Origin: an uncultured delta proteobacterium
GTDB taxonomy: Bacteria; Myxococcota_A; Polyangia; Polyangiales; Polyangiaceae
Direction of reading: 5' to 3'
DNA length: 64,000 nucleotides
Assembly: GCA_963841435.1 (NCBI GenBank)
Contig: CAWJCS010000006.1
Span: 320,001-384,000 of the forward strand
In this document: piece after piece, positions 38,109-50,962 of the stretch
How positions within the stretch are numbered: position 1 is the first letter of the stretch
Layout: each line of letters begins with the position of its first letter
Notes under the pieces: model-generated
Told to the model about the DNA's origin: nothing
The model's input: only the letters and a program-made list of their open reading frames with translations
Database searches by the model: none
Program-made: the position numbers and the translations under genes

Positions 38109-38636
38109 GTGAGCGAGCCGCCGAGAGACCCCGCTCTTGACGCCGACCTGGAGGAGCTGGGGGACGACGTCATCATCGCGCAAGAAACTGGGGCGCACGC
38201 GCCACAGCCGCGCGCCAACGTCACCACCGACCACCCGACGGTGGTGATCAGCGAGCCGTCGGGCGGCGGGGCGGAAAAGGCCCGGCCCCCCCGCCGCGAG
38301 CGCAGCGAGCAAACGGTGGTGATTCGCGATCGCAAGGCGCTCGACAAGATGCGCCGTGAGATCGACCAGCGTCGGCGCGTGAAGACGAAGAAGAAGGCGA
38401 GCGCCGGGACGATGTACTTGATCGGCGTCGCAGCGCTTGCCTCGCTCGTCGTCGGCACGCTGCTCGCCGCGCTCATCGACTCGCGCAACGGCTCGGCCGC
38501 GCCCGCGGCCTCGACGTTGCCGGCGTCGCGTGTGGTCGCGGAGCCCGAGCCGGCGCAATCCGTGCCTCAGGGCACGATCGATCTCGACGCCCTGCCCGCG
38601 GCGCCGCGCCGGCCAGAGCGTTCCGAGCACCCCTGA
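38109..38636 (+). CDS. Hypothetical single-TM protein
   Basis: Charged N-terminus (two TVVI motifs), TM YLIGVAALASLVVGTLLAALI, Pro-rich tail. Confidence 0.7.
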   Translation: MSEPPRDPALDADLEELGDDVIIAQETGAHAPQPRANVTTDHPTVVISEPSGGGAEKARPPRRERSEQTVVIRDRKALDKMRREIDQRRRVKTKKKASAGTMYLIGVAALASLVVGTLLAALIDSRNGSAAPAASTLPASRVVAEPEPAQSVPQGTIDLDALPAAPRRPERSEHP

Positions 38637-38676
38637 GCGGGAGCCCGGGGCGAGAGCCGGCGGCGGCGACCGTGCG

Positions 38677-40161
38677 TCAGTCCGTGAGTGTGTCGGGCGC
38701 GAGCTCGATGCGGTAGCCGTCGTGCTCGAGCGCGGGCGCGATCTGGCTCTTGTCGCCGACGAGCACCGTCACCATCTCGTCGGGCGCGATCAGCAGTGCG
38801 CTGCTCGCGACCTCGGGCGGTCCGATCAGTGCGAGCAGCGACGGGTAGCGCGCGTAGTAGTCCTGGCCCAGATCCAGGGAAAAGAGCGAAGAAATGGCGC
38901 TCGCCACCCGCGTCGTGTGCTCGAGTCGAGCGCCGAGCGAGTGCAAGAGATCGGCCTTGGCCCGCTGAACCTCGTCGTTCGTGATCGGTGCTCCGAGCCC
39001 GGGATCTCGCGCCCGCTCGAGCTCCTTCTCGATTTCCTCGAGTGCGGGCTCCGTGGCGTCGGTGCGCACGCTGGTGCTCACGACGAACGCGCCCCAGTTG
39101 CGCGTCGCCACGGCGCGCGCCGTAGCGCCGTAGGTGTAGGCGTGCTTTTCTCGGAGATTCGTGTTGATGCGGGAGGTGAACAGGCCGCCGAGCACGGAGG
39201 CCATCACTTCGCGCGCCTCGTAGCCGGGCGCCGAGCGCGCCGGAAAGCGTTGTGCGGTGAACACGGCCGTCTGCACGGCGCCGGGCCGGTCGACGATCGT
39301 GACGACGCGCTCGGGCGTCGGTGGCGGTCCGAGCGGCGGGACGGCGGGCGCGCGTGCCGGGCCCGTGCCGCGCCAGGGGGCGAAGCGGTGCACGACGCTG
39401 CCCCGGATGCCATCGAGCGTCACGTCCCCGACCGCAATCAACACGGCATTTTCAGGTCGAAAGGCGCGGGCGTGAAAAGCGCGCAGATCCGCGACCGTGA
39501 GGCGCTTCACGGTCGATACGGCGCCGCCCACGGGCGCTCCGTGGGTCGGGCCGAGCAGCAGTCTGAGCCCCGCGAGCGCCGCGAGCCAATCGGGGGCTTG
39601 GCGCTCGGCCGTCAGCCCGTCGAGCCACTCGGCGCGGACGCGCTGGAATTCGCGATCCGAAAATGCGGGTGTCGTCACCACCTCGGCGAGCAGCTCGAGC
39701 GCGCGGTTGACGTCGGCGGTGAGCGCAGAGAGACCCACGAACGCGTCGTCCCGGCCCGCGTCGGCGGCGAGCGGGGCACCGAGTGACTCCGCCGCCTCGG
39801 CGAGCGCGAGGCTGTCGTGCTTCCTGGTGCTTTCGATCATGAGCCGCGTCGTGAGGCCGGCCACCCCGCTCTTGTCGGGCGGCAACGACGAAGCGCCCTG
39901 GCGAATCACGAGCCGCAGCGTCACCACGGCCGCCGGCCGGTGCACGACGTAGACCGTGAGACCATTTTTCAGCTTGTCGACCTCGGGAGTGGGGAAGCGA
40001 ACGGGGACGGCGGCTCCGGGCGCGGGTCGCTCCGCGCGCCACGCCTCGGGATCCGCGGGGCCTGCGCTCTGTGGCGTCGCAGGCGGCTTGCCTTGATAGA
40101 CGTTCACCTTGGGCCCGCAGGCGACGAGGGCGAGCACGCAGACGACGTAGCGCGGGCTCAC
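38677..40161 (-). CDS. M16 peptidase family, non-catalytic subunit (lipoprotein)
   Basis: Lipobox LVAC; LKNGL; no HxxEH; SRINTNLREKHAYTY. Confidence 0.85.
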   Translation of the reverse strand: MSPRYVVCVLALVACGPKVNVYQGKPPATPQSAGPADPEAWRAERPAPGAAVPVRFPTPEVDKLKNGLTVYVVHRPAAVVTLRLVIRQGASSLPPDKSGVAGLTTRLMIESTRKHDSLALAEAAESLGAPLAADAGRDDAFVGLSALTADVNRALELLAEVVTTPAFSDREFQRVRAEWLDGLTAERQAPDWLAALAGLRLLLGPTHGAPVGGAVSTVKRLTVADLRAFHARAFRPENAVLIAVGDVTLDGIRGSVVHRFAPWRGTGPARAPAVPPLGPPPTPERVVTIVDRPGAVQTAVFTAQRFPARSAPGYEAREVMASVLGGLFTSRINTNLREKHAYTYGATARAVATRNWGAFVVSTSVRTDATEPALEEIEKELERARDPGLGAPITNDEVQRAKADLLHSLGARLEHTTRVASAISSLFSLDLGQDYYARYPSLLALIGPPEVASSALLIAPDEMVTVLVGDKSQIAPALEHDGYRIELAPDTLTD

Positions 40162-41618
40162 GGCGCCGCCTTCTGCGCCGCGCGCGGACGCGTGACGACG
40201 GTCACGCGTGACTGCTTGCCGAGGTACTTCGCGACGACCCGCCGCACGTCCTCGGGTGTGACGGCCTCGAGCGCCGCGACCCACTTCGGTAGGTACCCTG
40301 GATCCCCCAAATAGTGATTGAAGCGCTGCAGCATGCCGGCACGCCCCGACTCACCACCGTGTCCGTTCAGGAGCTCGAGCTCGCTCGCGAGCGAAACGAG
40401 TAGGCGGTGCTTGGCGCGCGCCACCTCCGCGGGGGTCGGCCCCTGGTTGCCGAGCTCGTCGAGCGTCTGGTCGAGCGCCGCCTCGAGCTCGTCGGTGGTT
40501 TTGCCGGACGCGACGGTTCCGTCGACGCTCACCATGCTCGCGAGGGCATTCGGGTCGACCGACGCATCGACGTCGGACGCTACCTTCTCCTGGACGACGA
40601 GCCTCCGGTAGAGCCGCGTCGCCCGCCCCCCCGCGAGCACCGCGGCCGCGACCTCGAGCGGCGCGTCGTCGGGCGCGTAGGCGGGCGGCGCGATCCACCC
40701 GTACGAGACGCGCGCGAGATCGACCGGCTCGTCGACCACGAGGCGGACGGGCTTCGTGAGCGGTGGCGTCGGCGGACGCGAAAGCCGCGTCGTGGGACGG
40801 CTCGGCAACCCCGCGAAGTAGCGCGTGACGAGTCGCTTCGCTTCGGCCGGGTCGAAGTCGCCCGCGAGCGTGAGTGTCGCGTTGGCGGGCGAGTAGTAGG
40901 CGCGGAAGAACTCGCGCACGTCGTCGAGCGTGGCGGCGCTGAGGTCCGCCATCGAGCCGATCACGGCGCCATGGTAGGGGTGGCCGGGCGGGAACATGGC
41001 GTCGAGCAGCGCGAGCGAGCTCGGGCCGTACGGCGCGTTCTCGAAGCTCTGCCGGCGTTCGTTTTTCACGACGTCGCGCTGCACGTCCAGCCGCTCCTGG
41101 TTGACGACGTCGAGCAGGTATCCCATGCGATCGCTCTCGATCCAGATCGCGAGCGGCAGCTCCTCGCGCGGCACGGTCTCGAAGTAGTTCGTGCGATCCC
41201 AGTTCGTCGTGCCGTTGACGTTGGTCGCGCCGACCGACTCGAGCAGCTTGTCGAACTCGCGGCCGACGTGCTTCGAGCCCTCGAACATGAGGTGCTCGAA
41301 CAAATGAGCGAACCCGCTTCGCCCGGGCGGTTCGTTGGCGGGGCCCACGTGGTACCAAACGCTCACGGCGACGAGCGGCAGCGACGTGTCGCGGTGGAGG
41401 ATCACGGTGAGGCCGTTTTCGAGCGTCAGCTTTTCGAACGGAATCGTGAACTGCGCCGGAGCGGCCGCGGGCTGAGCGGAAGCCGCGTCGGGCGTCGGGT
41501 TCGAGGTCGCGACCGGGGCCGCTGCGGCTGGTGTCGCGAGCGTCGTGCCGCTGGCCGCGAGCGCCAGCGCGAGAACGCGCCCGGCCAGCGGGGGGAGGAG
41601 AACATTTTTGGAGCTCAC
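40158..41618 (-). CDS. M16 (pitrilysin-family) zinc peptidase, catalytic subunit
   Basis: GFAHLFEHLMFEGS (HxxEH), NGTT..DRTNY, VVKNER; signal peptide. Confidence 0.92.
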   Translation of the reverse strand: MSSKNVLLPPLAGRVLALALAASGTTLATPAAAAPVATSNPTPDAASAQPAAAPAQFTIPFEKLTLENGLTVILHRDTSLPLVAVSVWYHVGPANEPPGRSGFAHLFEHLMFEGSKHVGREFDKLLESVGATNVNGTTNWDRTNYFETVPREELPLAIWIESDRMGYLLDVVNQERLDVQRDVVKNERRQSFENAPYGPSSLALLDAMFPPGHPYHGAVIGSMADLSAATLDDVREFFRAYYSPANATLTLAGDFDPAEAKRLVTRYFAGLPSRPTTRLSRPPTPPLTKPVRLVVDEPVDLARVSYGWIAPPAYAPDDAPLEVAAAVLAGGRATRLYRRLVVQEKVASDVDASVDPNALASMVSVDGTVASGKTTDELEAALDQTLDELGNQGPTPAEVARAKHRLLVSLASELELLNGHGGESGRAGMLQRFNHYLGDPGYLPKWVAALEAVTPEDVRRVVAKYLGKQSRVTVVTRPRAAQKAAP

Positions 41619-41715
41619 GCGCGCACGATGCCACACGCTTCGAGCAAGCGTCGGCGGAGCCGCTTCATTCCAGCGAGCGGGGGTGCTAACGCTCCCGGGG
41701 AACGCGGGAGCTCAT

Positions 41716-42639
41716 ATGTCGCAAGACCGACCTTTGGGATTTGGCGGCCAGCCGCCCGGAGGTTCGCCTCCTCACGGCCCTCCCGGTGGACCGGGATCGC
41801 CCCCGGGCCAGCCACCCGGTGGCTACGGCCCTCCTGGTGGCTACGGTCCGCCTGGCGGTTACGGCCCGCCCCCTGGTGGCGCTCCGCCTGGCGGCTATGG
41901 CCCGCCGCCCGGTGGCGGTCCGCCAGGCGGCTACGGTCCGCCGCCTGGTGGTGCTCCGCCCGGCGGCTACGGTCCCCCACCCGGAGGCGCTCCGCCCGGT
42001 GGTTACGGTCCCCCCGGTGGCGGTCCGCCAGGCGGCTACGGTCCGCCCCCTGGTGGTGCTCCGCCTGGCGGCTATGGTCCACCACCCGGAGGCTCGCCCC
42101 CTGGCGGCTACGGTCCCCCACCCGGAGGCGCTCCGCCCGGCTGGGGTCCCGGGCAAGGCGGATACCCCGGGGCACCGCCCCCGCCTGCGCCCGCGAAGGG
42201 CACGAGCCCCGTCGTGTTCCTCGCCGTGGGGTGCGGCGTTCTCTTGATCCTCGGCGCGGCGAGCGCCGGATGGTTCTTCTACTCGGCGAGCCGGGCCGTG
42301 AGCAGCATCGCGGCCATGGTCGATGGCGGTGTGCCGCTCACGATTCCGTCCGTGGCGATGCCTACCGCCGAGCAAGCGCCCGATCCCGGTGCCGAGAACA
42401 CCGAGGACACCGCCGACGCCGGCGTGCTTTCTCCGACGCCGCCGACCGGCTTCGCTCCCGGCCCTTCGTGCCCGCAGGCCGCCGCCTGTTGCAAGGCGCT
42501 CGTCACGAAGGCCGGGGCGAACCCCGCGGCCGTCGCCGCCTGCGACAACCTCTTGAAGGCTCCGGGAATCGGTTGCGCGCAAGCGCTCGAGACCTACAAG
42601 CGCACGGCACCCGTGATGGGCGCCAAGTGTCCCCCCTGA
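41716..42639 (+). CDS. Membrane protein with N-terminal (GPPPGGAPPGGY)n low-complexity domain and Cys-rich C-terminus
   Basis: ATG 41716 with GGGAG SD; about 10 PPGGYG units; TM VVFLAVGCGVLLILGAASAGWFFY; C...CC...C...C...C tail. Confidence 0.8.
   Translation: MSQDRPLGFGGQPPGGSPPHGPPGGPGSPPGQPPGGYGPPGGYGPPGGYGPPPGGAPPGGYGPPPGGGPPGGYGPPPGGAPPGGYGPPPGGAPPGGYGPPGGGPPGGYGPPPGGAPPGGYGPPPGGSPPGGYGPPPGGAPPGWGPGQGGYPGAPPPPAPAKGTSPVVFLAVGCGVLLILGAASAGWFFYSASRAVSSIAAMVDGGVPLTIPSVAMPTAEQAPDPGAENTEDTADAGVLSPTPPTGFAPGPSCPQAAACCKALVTKAGANPAAVAACDNLLKAPGIGCAQALETYKRTAPVMGAKCPP
41813..42150 (+). repeat. Degenerate 18/36-bp coding tandem repeat (PPGGYG / PPPGGA)
   Basis: Protein repeat conserved while third codon positions vary. 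Confidence 0.85.
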
Positions 42640-42665
42640 TTCGCCGAGCCGCGCTGGATCGCTCG

Positions 42666-42721
42666 GCTCAGGCGAGGATACCGTCGAGCGGACCCGACCC
42701 GGGCTCCCGCCTCGCCTGAGC
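42666..42721. repeat. Perfect 12-bp inverted repeat (intergenic stem-loop)
   Basis: GCTCAGGCGAGG (42666-42677) / CCTCGCCTGAGC (42710-42721), 32-nt spacer. Confidence 0.7.
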
Positions 42722-42861
42722 GGCGGCGTCCGCGGACGTCCGCGGGGCAGGTCGTGGACACCGAGCAGGCTGCTCGCGCCGGCTTTCGGAGCTCCGTCGC
42801 GGGGTCGCGAGCGCCGCACAGCGGGGGCCGCTTTGGCCGGGTTCTTGCAAACTTGCGCCTC

Positions 42862-43542
42862 ATGCCCCTCCTCGAGCCGCCGACCACCCAGCCGACGACG
42901 CTCATGGCGCTCCCCGTCGGGGAGCGCCCGACTCGGCTCCCACGCCTGCGCTCGATGGTCGAGCGCCACGCAGCGTTCGTTTCGCGAAGCCTGCGGCGCT
43001 TCGGCGTCCGCCTTTCGGACATCGACGACGCCACGCAGGACGTGTTCGTCGTGGTCGCGCGGCGCATCGACGACGTTGCCGCCGACGGCGAGCGGGCGTT
43101 TCTGTTCGGGACCGCGCGCCGTGTCGCGTCCGACCACCGCCGCAGCGTGCGGCGCCATCCCGAGCAAGCGTCCGACGGCATCGACGACCACGCGACCGAG
43201 GCCCCCGATCCCGAGCGGCTCGTCGAGCTGAAGCTGGCGCGCGCGCTGCTCGACGAGGCGCTCGGCGCCATGAGCGGCAGCATTCGTTCGGTCTTCGTGC
43301 TCTCGGAGCTCAGCGAGCTCTCGGGGCGCGAGATCGCCTCACGCCTCTCAATCCCCGAGGGCACCGTTCGCTCACGTCTGCGGGCAGGGCGCGACCTCGT
43401 GAGGGCCGCCGCGCGCCGCCTCGAGGACGCCGACCGGGCCCGGCCGGCCCGCGATGCCATGCTCCTTTCGTGCTCCGGCGCGCGACCGAGGCAAACGCCG
43501 AGAATGCCGGTGCCCGCGCCCACCGTGGGCTCGCGCGCTTGA
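42862..43542 (+). CDS. ECF sigma-70 factor (myxobacterial expansion type)
   Basis: DDATQDVFVV, AFLFGTARR, SGREIA..L.IPEGTVRSRL; start uncertain. Confidence 0.88.
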   Translation: MPLLEPPTTQPTTLMALPVGERPTRLPRLRSMVERHAAFVSRSLRRFGVRLSDIDDATQDVFVVVARRIDDVAADGERAFLFGTARRVASDHRRSVRRHPEQASDGIDDHATEAPDPERLVELKLARALLDEALGAMSGSIRSVFVLSELSELSGREIASRLSIPEGTVRSRLRAGRDLVRAAARRLEDADRARPARDAMLLSCSGARPRQTPRMPVPAPTVGSRA

Positions 43543-43581
43543 CGCTCGGGCGTCGCCCAGAGACGTTTCGGGCTCGCCCCC

Positions 43582-46238
<2,657 letters not shown>

Positions 46239-46242
<4 letters not shown>

Positions 46243-46757
46243 GGCCGAGCCGCTCCCTCGTCGCGCTTCTCGTGGCGGTCGTGTCCGCCGCGCTGATCGG
46301 CTACGCGCTGTTCGGAGGCTCCGACGAGGATCGCATCCTTGCCCGGCTCAAGGAGCTCGCGCACGCGGTGGAAACGGTCGAGGACGAGAGCATCCTGTTT
46401 CGGCGCGCGCGCGTGAATCGCGCGTTCAAGGACGGCCTCGAGCCGAACGCGTCGCTCACGGCGCCCGAGCTGCCGTCCACGACCGGCATCAAGGAGCTCG
46501 TGGAGCTCGCGACCGTCGCGGCAGGCGCCTTCGGCCAGATGACGCTCAGCGTGGGCGAGACGGACATCCACATCGACCGCGCGGCGCACGAGGCGCATGC
46601 CGTCTCGCTCGTGACGCTCACCGCCGCCCGTGGTGGCGAGCTCAGGCGCGAGAAACGGCACGTCCGTTTCGTTTTGCACCAGAGCGGCGGCGACTGGCGC
46701 GTCGCCGTCATCGACGTGGAGCCGCTGAGCGAGGACCAGCCCGAAGCGCGACCCTGA
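46239..46757 (+). CDS. Hypothetical membrane-anchored protein (possibly NTF2-like)
   Basis: N-terminal TM; C-terminal GGDWRV; ATGA overlap. Confidence 0.65.
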
Positions 46758-46772
46758 GGCGCGACGGGTGGG

Positions 46773-47744
46773 TCACGGCGGTGCAGGCCACGCGAGCTCG
46801 GCCGCGAGGGCGACGAACGCGAGCCAGGTGCCGAGCGCTAGCGCGAGGTGCACGACCTGCATCGGCCCCGGCGCGCCGAGGAGCACGTTGAGCGTGCCCG
46901 CTGCGAGCTGGAGCGAAACGACGAGGGTGAGGGTCCGGCTGGCGCGGTGCGCGCGGGGGCCGCGCTCGGCGGCGAGGTTTGCGCCGAGCCACGCCACGAA
47001 CGCGCCACCCAGCACGGCGAGAACGGGGTGCACGACGCGGAGCCGCTGGAGGAACGTCGCCGTGGCGCCCTGGTCCTCGGCAAGGCGCCCGGCGAGCGTG
47101 GCGGCGCTCGGCGGGTAGAGGGTATCCCCGAGGGCCGTGACGGCGCCCGTCGCCGAGACGACGACGATGACCGCCGCACCGAGCGAAAGCCAGCCGAGGA
47201 CCCACCGGGGTGGGGTGCTGGCCTCGAACGGGACCCGCGGGTCGAAGGGACGCGCCGAGAGCGCAAGCGTCGCCGTCAGCGCGTAGGTGCTGACGAGGTG
47301 CACCGGCATCACGACGACGCGCCCGACCGACGCATTTTTTTCCACCAGCGCAAACAGCACCAGGACGGCCCCGATCAGCGCCTCGACCACCATGAGGGTG
47401 AGAGCCACATATGCAAGCTTTCGAGCGCGATGTTCCCGCGGATGTTCGCGAACGGCCACGACGACGAGCCCCACGACGGCAAGAAGCGCAAGGCCGGACG
47501 TGACGCGGTGCGTGAGCTCGATCAAGGTCTCGAGTCGCCGGGGCAGGTGGGCCACCTCGCCGTTGCACGTGGGCCAGTGCTGCCCGCAACCTGCGCCGGA
47601 TCCCGTGATTCTCACCACCGCTCCGAACAGGATCACGAAAATCGTGAGCACCAGCGCCGGCTTGGCGACGCGCACGAACGGGTCGCCGCGCGCGCCGGCC
47701 GCCACCGACGATGAGTCCGAAAGTGGTCGATTTTTGCTCGACAA
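46773..47744 (-). CDS. ctaA: Heme A synthase (COX15/CtaA)
   Basis: [26 protein letters not shown], further His in TM helices; true start may be GTG 47675. Confidence 0.85.
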   Translation of the reverse strand: MSSKNRPLSDSSSVAAGARGDPFVRVAKPALVLTIFVILFGAVVRITGSGAGCGQHWPTCNGEVAHLPRRLETLIELTHRVTSGLALLAVVGLVVVAVREHPREHRARKLAYVALTLMVVEALIGAVLVLFALVEKNASVGRVVVMPVHLVSTYALTATLALSARPFDPRVPFEASTPPRWVLGWLSLGAAVIVVVSATGAVTALGDTLYPPSAATLAGRLAEDQGATATFLQRLRVVHPVLAVLGGAFVAWLGANLAAERGPRAHRASRTLTLVVSLQLAAGTLNVLLGAPGPMQVVHLALALGTWLAFVALAAELAWPAPP

Positions 47745-47776
47745 GCCGCCGGAACATAGCCAAATTCCTTGCGCCC

Positions 47777-49093
47777 ATGTCCAAGCCGTTTTTCGAAGGT
47801 GTGAGTCCCATCCGCTACGAGGGTCCTGACAGCACGAACCCTCTCGCTTTCCGCTTCTACGACAAGGATCGCGTCGTGCTGGGAAAGCGCCTGGAAGAGC
47901 ACCTGCGCGTGGCGGTTTGCTACTGGCACAGCTTCGCCTGGGTGGGTCACGACATCTTCGGGATGGGAACCTTCGACCGGCCCTGGTTCAAGGGCTCCGA
48001 TCCCGTCGAGGCAGCCGAGCTCAAGCTCAAGGTTGCCTTCGAGTTCTTCGAGAAGCTCGGCGCCCCCTACTTCACGTTCCACGATCGTGACATGTCGCCC
48101 GAGGGTGCGACGCTCAAGGAGAGCCACGCCATCCTCGACCGCCTCACCGACAAGGCGAAGGCGGAGATGGAACGGACCAAGGTGGGCCTGCTCTGGGGCA
48201 CGGCGAACCTCTTCAGCCACCCGCGCTACATGAGCGGCGCGGCCACCAACCCCGATCCCGAGGTTTTCGCCTACGCGGCTGCGCAGGTGAGGAAGATCCT
48301 CGATAAGACGCACGCGCTCGGCGGACAGAATTACGTGCTCTGGGGCGGCCGCGAGGGCTACGAGACGCTGCTCAACACCGACATGAAGCGCGAGGCCGAT
48401 CAGCTTGCGCGGTTTCTCACGCTCGTGGCCGAGCACAAGCACAAGATCGGCTTCAAGGGGCTCCTGCTCATCGAGCCCAAGCCCAAAGAGCCCACGAAGC
48501 ACCAGTACGACTACGACACGGCCACGGTGCACGCCTTCTTGCAGCGCTATCACCTCGAGGACGAGTACCGCGTCAACATCGAGGCGAACCACGCCATCCT
48601 CAGCGGGCACACCTTCCAGCACGAGGTCGCCTACGCCATCAACAACGGCATCTTCGGCAGCATCGACATGAACCGCGGCGACTACCTGCTTGGTTGGGAC
48701 ACCGATCAGTTCCCGACGGACATCACCGAGATCGCCCTCGTGATCTACACGATCCTGAAGGGCGGTGGCTTCACGAGCGGCGGCATGAACTTCGACGCCA
48801 AGCTCCGCCGTCAGAGCATCGACCCGGCGGATCTGTTCCACGCCCACATCGGCGGGATGGACACGTTGGCGCGCGGCCTCATGATTGCCGAGCGCATGAT
48901 GGGCGACGGCAAGCTCGAGAAGGTGATCGCGGATCGTTACGCGGGTTGGCGCGGCGCGCTCGGGGAGAACATCCTCGGCGGTAAGCTCAGCCTCGAGGAT
49001 CTGTCTCGTCACGCCCTCGACAAGGGCCTCGACCCGCGCCCGCGTTCGGGTCAGCAGGAGCTCCTCGAAGGGCTCGTCGCGCGCTACCTCTAG
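47777..49093 (+). CDS. xylA: Xylose isomerase (class II)
   Basis: [41 protein letters not shown]. Confidence 0.96.
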   Translation: MSKPFFEGVSPIRYEGPDSTNPLAFRFYDKDRVVLGKRLEEHLRVAVCYWHSFAWVGHDIFGMGTFDRPWFKGSDPVEAAELKLKVAFEFFEKLGAPYFTFHDRDMSPEGATLKESHAILDRLTDKAKAEMERTKVGLLWGTANLFSHPRYMSGAATNPDPEVFAYAAAQVRKILDKTHALGGQNYVLWGGREGYETLLNTDMKREADQLARFLTLVAEHKHKIGFKGLLLIEPKPKEPTKHQYDYDTATVHAFLQRYHLEDEYRVNIEANHAILSGHTFQHEVAYAINNGIFGSIDMNRGDYLLGWDTDQFPTDITEIALVIYTILKGGGFTSGGMNFDAKLRRQSIDPADLFHAHIGGMDTLARGLMIAERMMGDGKLEKVIADRYAGWRGALGENILGGKLSLEDLSRHALDKGLDPRPRSGQQELLEGLVARYL

Positions 49094-49128
49094 CGGGGTA
49101 ACACCCCGCACGACGAGACGCGCGAGTC

Positions 49129-49752
49129 TTGGAAGAACAGATCACGATCGGTGCGAGCGGGAGCCCTCTCGCGCGGCGTGGCCGAAAGCGACGGGCGGCA
49201 CCGCGCTCCTGTGTGCGGTCCGCGTTCGCGGCGGCGCTTTCGCTCGGTGCCGCGCTGACGACCGCGGGGGGCTGCGACAGCCGCAGCTCCTCGCGCTACG
49301 ACGAGGTCGGACAGTGGCGTTGCTTCGAGAGCTCGTCAACGTGCCTGTGTCGGGGCACGGACGAGGGTGTCACCGTCGAGGATCCGCGGCCGGAGGTGCC
49401 GGCCTGCCGCGTCGAGCTCGACTGCTGTTACGTCAAGACGCGGAGTGACGGCAGCTTCGATTGCTCCTGTGTGGCGCGCGCCGCGCTCGTGCCGGGACCG
49501 GGCGAAGCGGGCGCCGGCGGCGAGGGCGGCCAAAGCGGCGATCTTCTCTGCTACGGGGAGGCGCTCGATCACGGCTCGACCGAGGTCGTGCCGCACTGTC
49601 CGCCGCTTTCGCTCGACGATTCGTCGCTCTGCGCGCTGTCCTACGAAAGCTGCGACCCCGACTACCTCCGGCAACACGGCCTCATCGCCTGCTGCAACGG
49701 CTCCGTGTGTGGCAAGGATAGCCACGGGCAGCCGGTGTGCCTGCCGGGCTGA
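49129..49752 (+). CDS. Cys-rich hypothetical lipoprotein
   Basis: AGGC lipobox-like; many Cys; start uncertain. Confidence 0.65.
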   Translation: MEEQITIGASGSPLARRGRKRRAAPRSCVRSAFAAALSLGAALTTAGGCDSRSSSRYDEVGQWRCFESSSTCLCRGTDEGVTVEDPRPEVPACRVELDCCYVKTRSDGSFDCSCVARAALVPGPGEAGAGGEGGQSGDLLCYGEALDHGSTEVVPHCPPLSLDDSSLCALSYESCDPDYLRQHGLIACCNGSVCGKDSHGQPVCLPG

Positions 49753-49769
49753 GCGCCGCGAGCTTTTTG

Positions 49770-50846
49770 ATGAAGACGAAACGGTCCAAGGCGAAGGAGA
49801 AGCGGCCGAGCCGCGAAACCAACCAGTCCGTGCTCCGGCAGGCACTGATTAAGCGTCTGCCGCGACGGCTCGGGGCGACCGGTCAAGTGCTGTTGCCCGT
49901 CGCGCCCTCGCTGCTCGAGCACTACGTCGAAGAGCTTCACCGGCTGTTCGCGCAGGTCGGCCGCGTCTTCACGCGCGAAGAAACCGATCAGCTTCGCGGA
50001 ATCCTCCAGAAGAAGCTCGAGGAGGGCTACGCGGCGTCACCCTACGCGCGCGTCGTCGTGAACTACGAGACGGACGCGCCGCCGAAGACCTCGCTCAGCT
50101 ATCGCATGACCCTCTCGGTATCGACGATCCCCGACGAATACGACGCGTGGCAAAAGACGCGCGAGCCGCCCTACTTCGGCGCGAATCCCGATGCGAAGGT
50201 GATGGACACGGCGCGCTCGCTCGGGGAGCCGAAAGGCGTCGCCGTGCTCGACATCGGTGCCGGAACTGGGCGAAATACGCTGCCGCTCGCGCGCGAAGGC
50301 TTCGCCGCGGACGCGATCGAGCTCACTCCGTCGCTCGCGTCGATTCTGCGAGCGGAGGTCGAAAAGGAAGGCTTGAACGTACGCGTCTTCGAGGGCGACG
50401 CGCTGGGCGGCGGAATGGAAATACCCGAGCGCCACTATCGGCTGGTGTTCCTCGCCGAGGTCATTGCCTCCCACATTCGCAACAACGAGCAGGTGCGAGC
50501 GCTGTTCGAAGGCGCTGCCGACGCTCTCGCGACGGGGGGCATCCTGCTCTTCAACGCGTTCTTGCCCGTCGATGGCTATCGGCCGGATGCGACCGCGCGC
50601 GAGCTCTCGCAGGTCTTCTGGTGCAACCTGTTTTCGCGCGGGGACATCACCCAGGCGATGTCGGGTCTGCCGTTCGAGCCAATCGCCGACGAATCGACGC
50701 ACGATTACGAAGAAGAGCGTCAGCCGGCCGAGGCGTGGCCGCCGACGGGCTGGTTCGTCGACTGGTCGCGCGGGCACGATCTTTTCGACCTGCCGCCGGG
50801 ACGGGCGCCCATGGAGCTTCGCTGGCTGACCTTCCGGCGCCTGTAA
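49770..50846 (+). CDS. Class I SAM-dependent methyltransferase
   Basis: VLDIGAGTGRN motif I; AIE; EGDA; GGILLF. Confidence 0.88.
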   Translation: MKTKRSKAKEKRPSRETNQSVLRQALIKRLPRRLGATGQVLLPVAPSLLEHYVEELHRLFAQVGRVFTREETDQLRGILQKKLEEGYAASPYARVVVNYETDAPPKTSLSYRMTLSVSTIPDEYDAWQKTREPPYFGANPDAKVMDTARSLGEPKGVAVLDIGAGTGRNTLPLAREGFAADAIELTPSLASILRAEVEKEGLNVRVFEGDALGGGMEIPERHYRLVFLAEVIASHIRNNEQVRALFEGAADALATGGILLFNAFLPVDGYRPDATARELSQVFWCNLFSRGDITQAMSGLPFEPIADESTHDYEEERQPAEAWPPTGWFVDWSRGHDLFDLPPGRAPMELRWLTFRRL

Positions 50847-50849
50847 CCG

Positions 50850-50936
50850 CGAGGGTGAGCGGGCCCGGAAAAGTCCCCCCCCTCCCGCCTTCGTGCCCCG
50901 GCCGAGCTGAGCACCCTCTCCCAAACCAAGTGTCGC
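50850..50936 (-). ncRNA. Candidate sigma54-dependent small RNA (G-rich stem-loop)
   Basis: Predicted TSS ~50936 from the sigma54 box; GAGGGTG/CACCCTC closing stem (50851-50857 / 50912-50918); no minus-strand CDS downstream. Confidence 0.4.
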
Positions 50937-50946
50937 TCCCCTACAA

Positions 50947-50962
50947 AGCAAGACACGTGCCC
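50947..50962 (-). promoter_or_regulatory. Sigma54 (-24/-12) promoter
   Basis: Minus strand GGGCACGTGTCTTGCT vs consensus TGGCACG-N4-TTGCW: one mismatch, exact spacing, intergenic. Confidence 0.65.

Noticed and set aside
41813..42150. 36-bp periodic repeat as a CRISPR array
   Set aside because: Units are contiguous with no unique spacers, vary at third codon positions and lie in frame in a CDS; no cas genes
50873..50890. Pxr sRNA homologue, suggested by the C8 run
   Set aside because: The C-run is on the strand opposite the sigma54 promoter, and I cannot align the rest to Pxr
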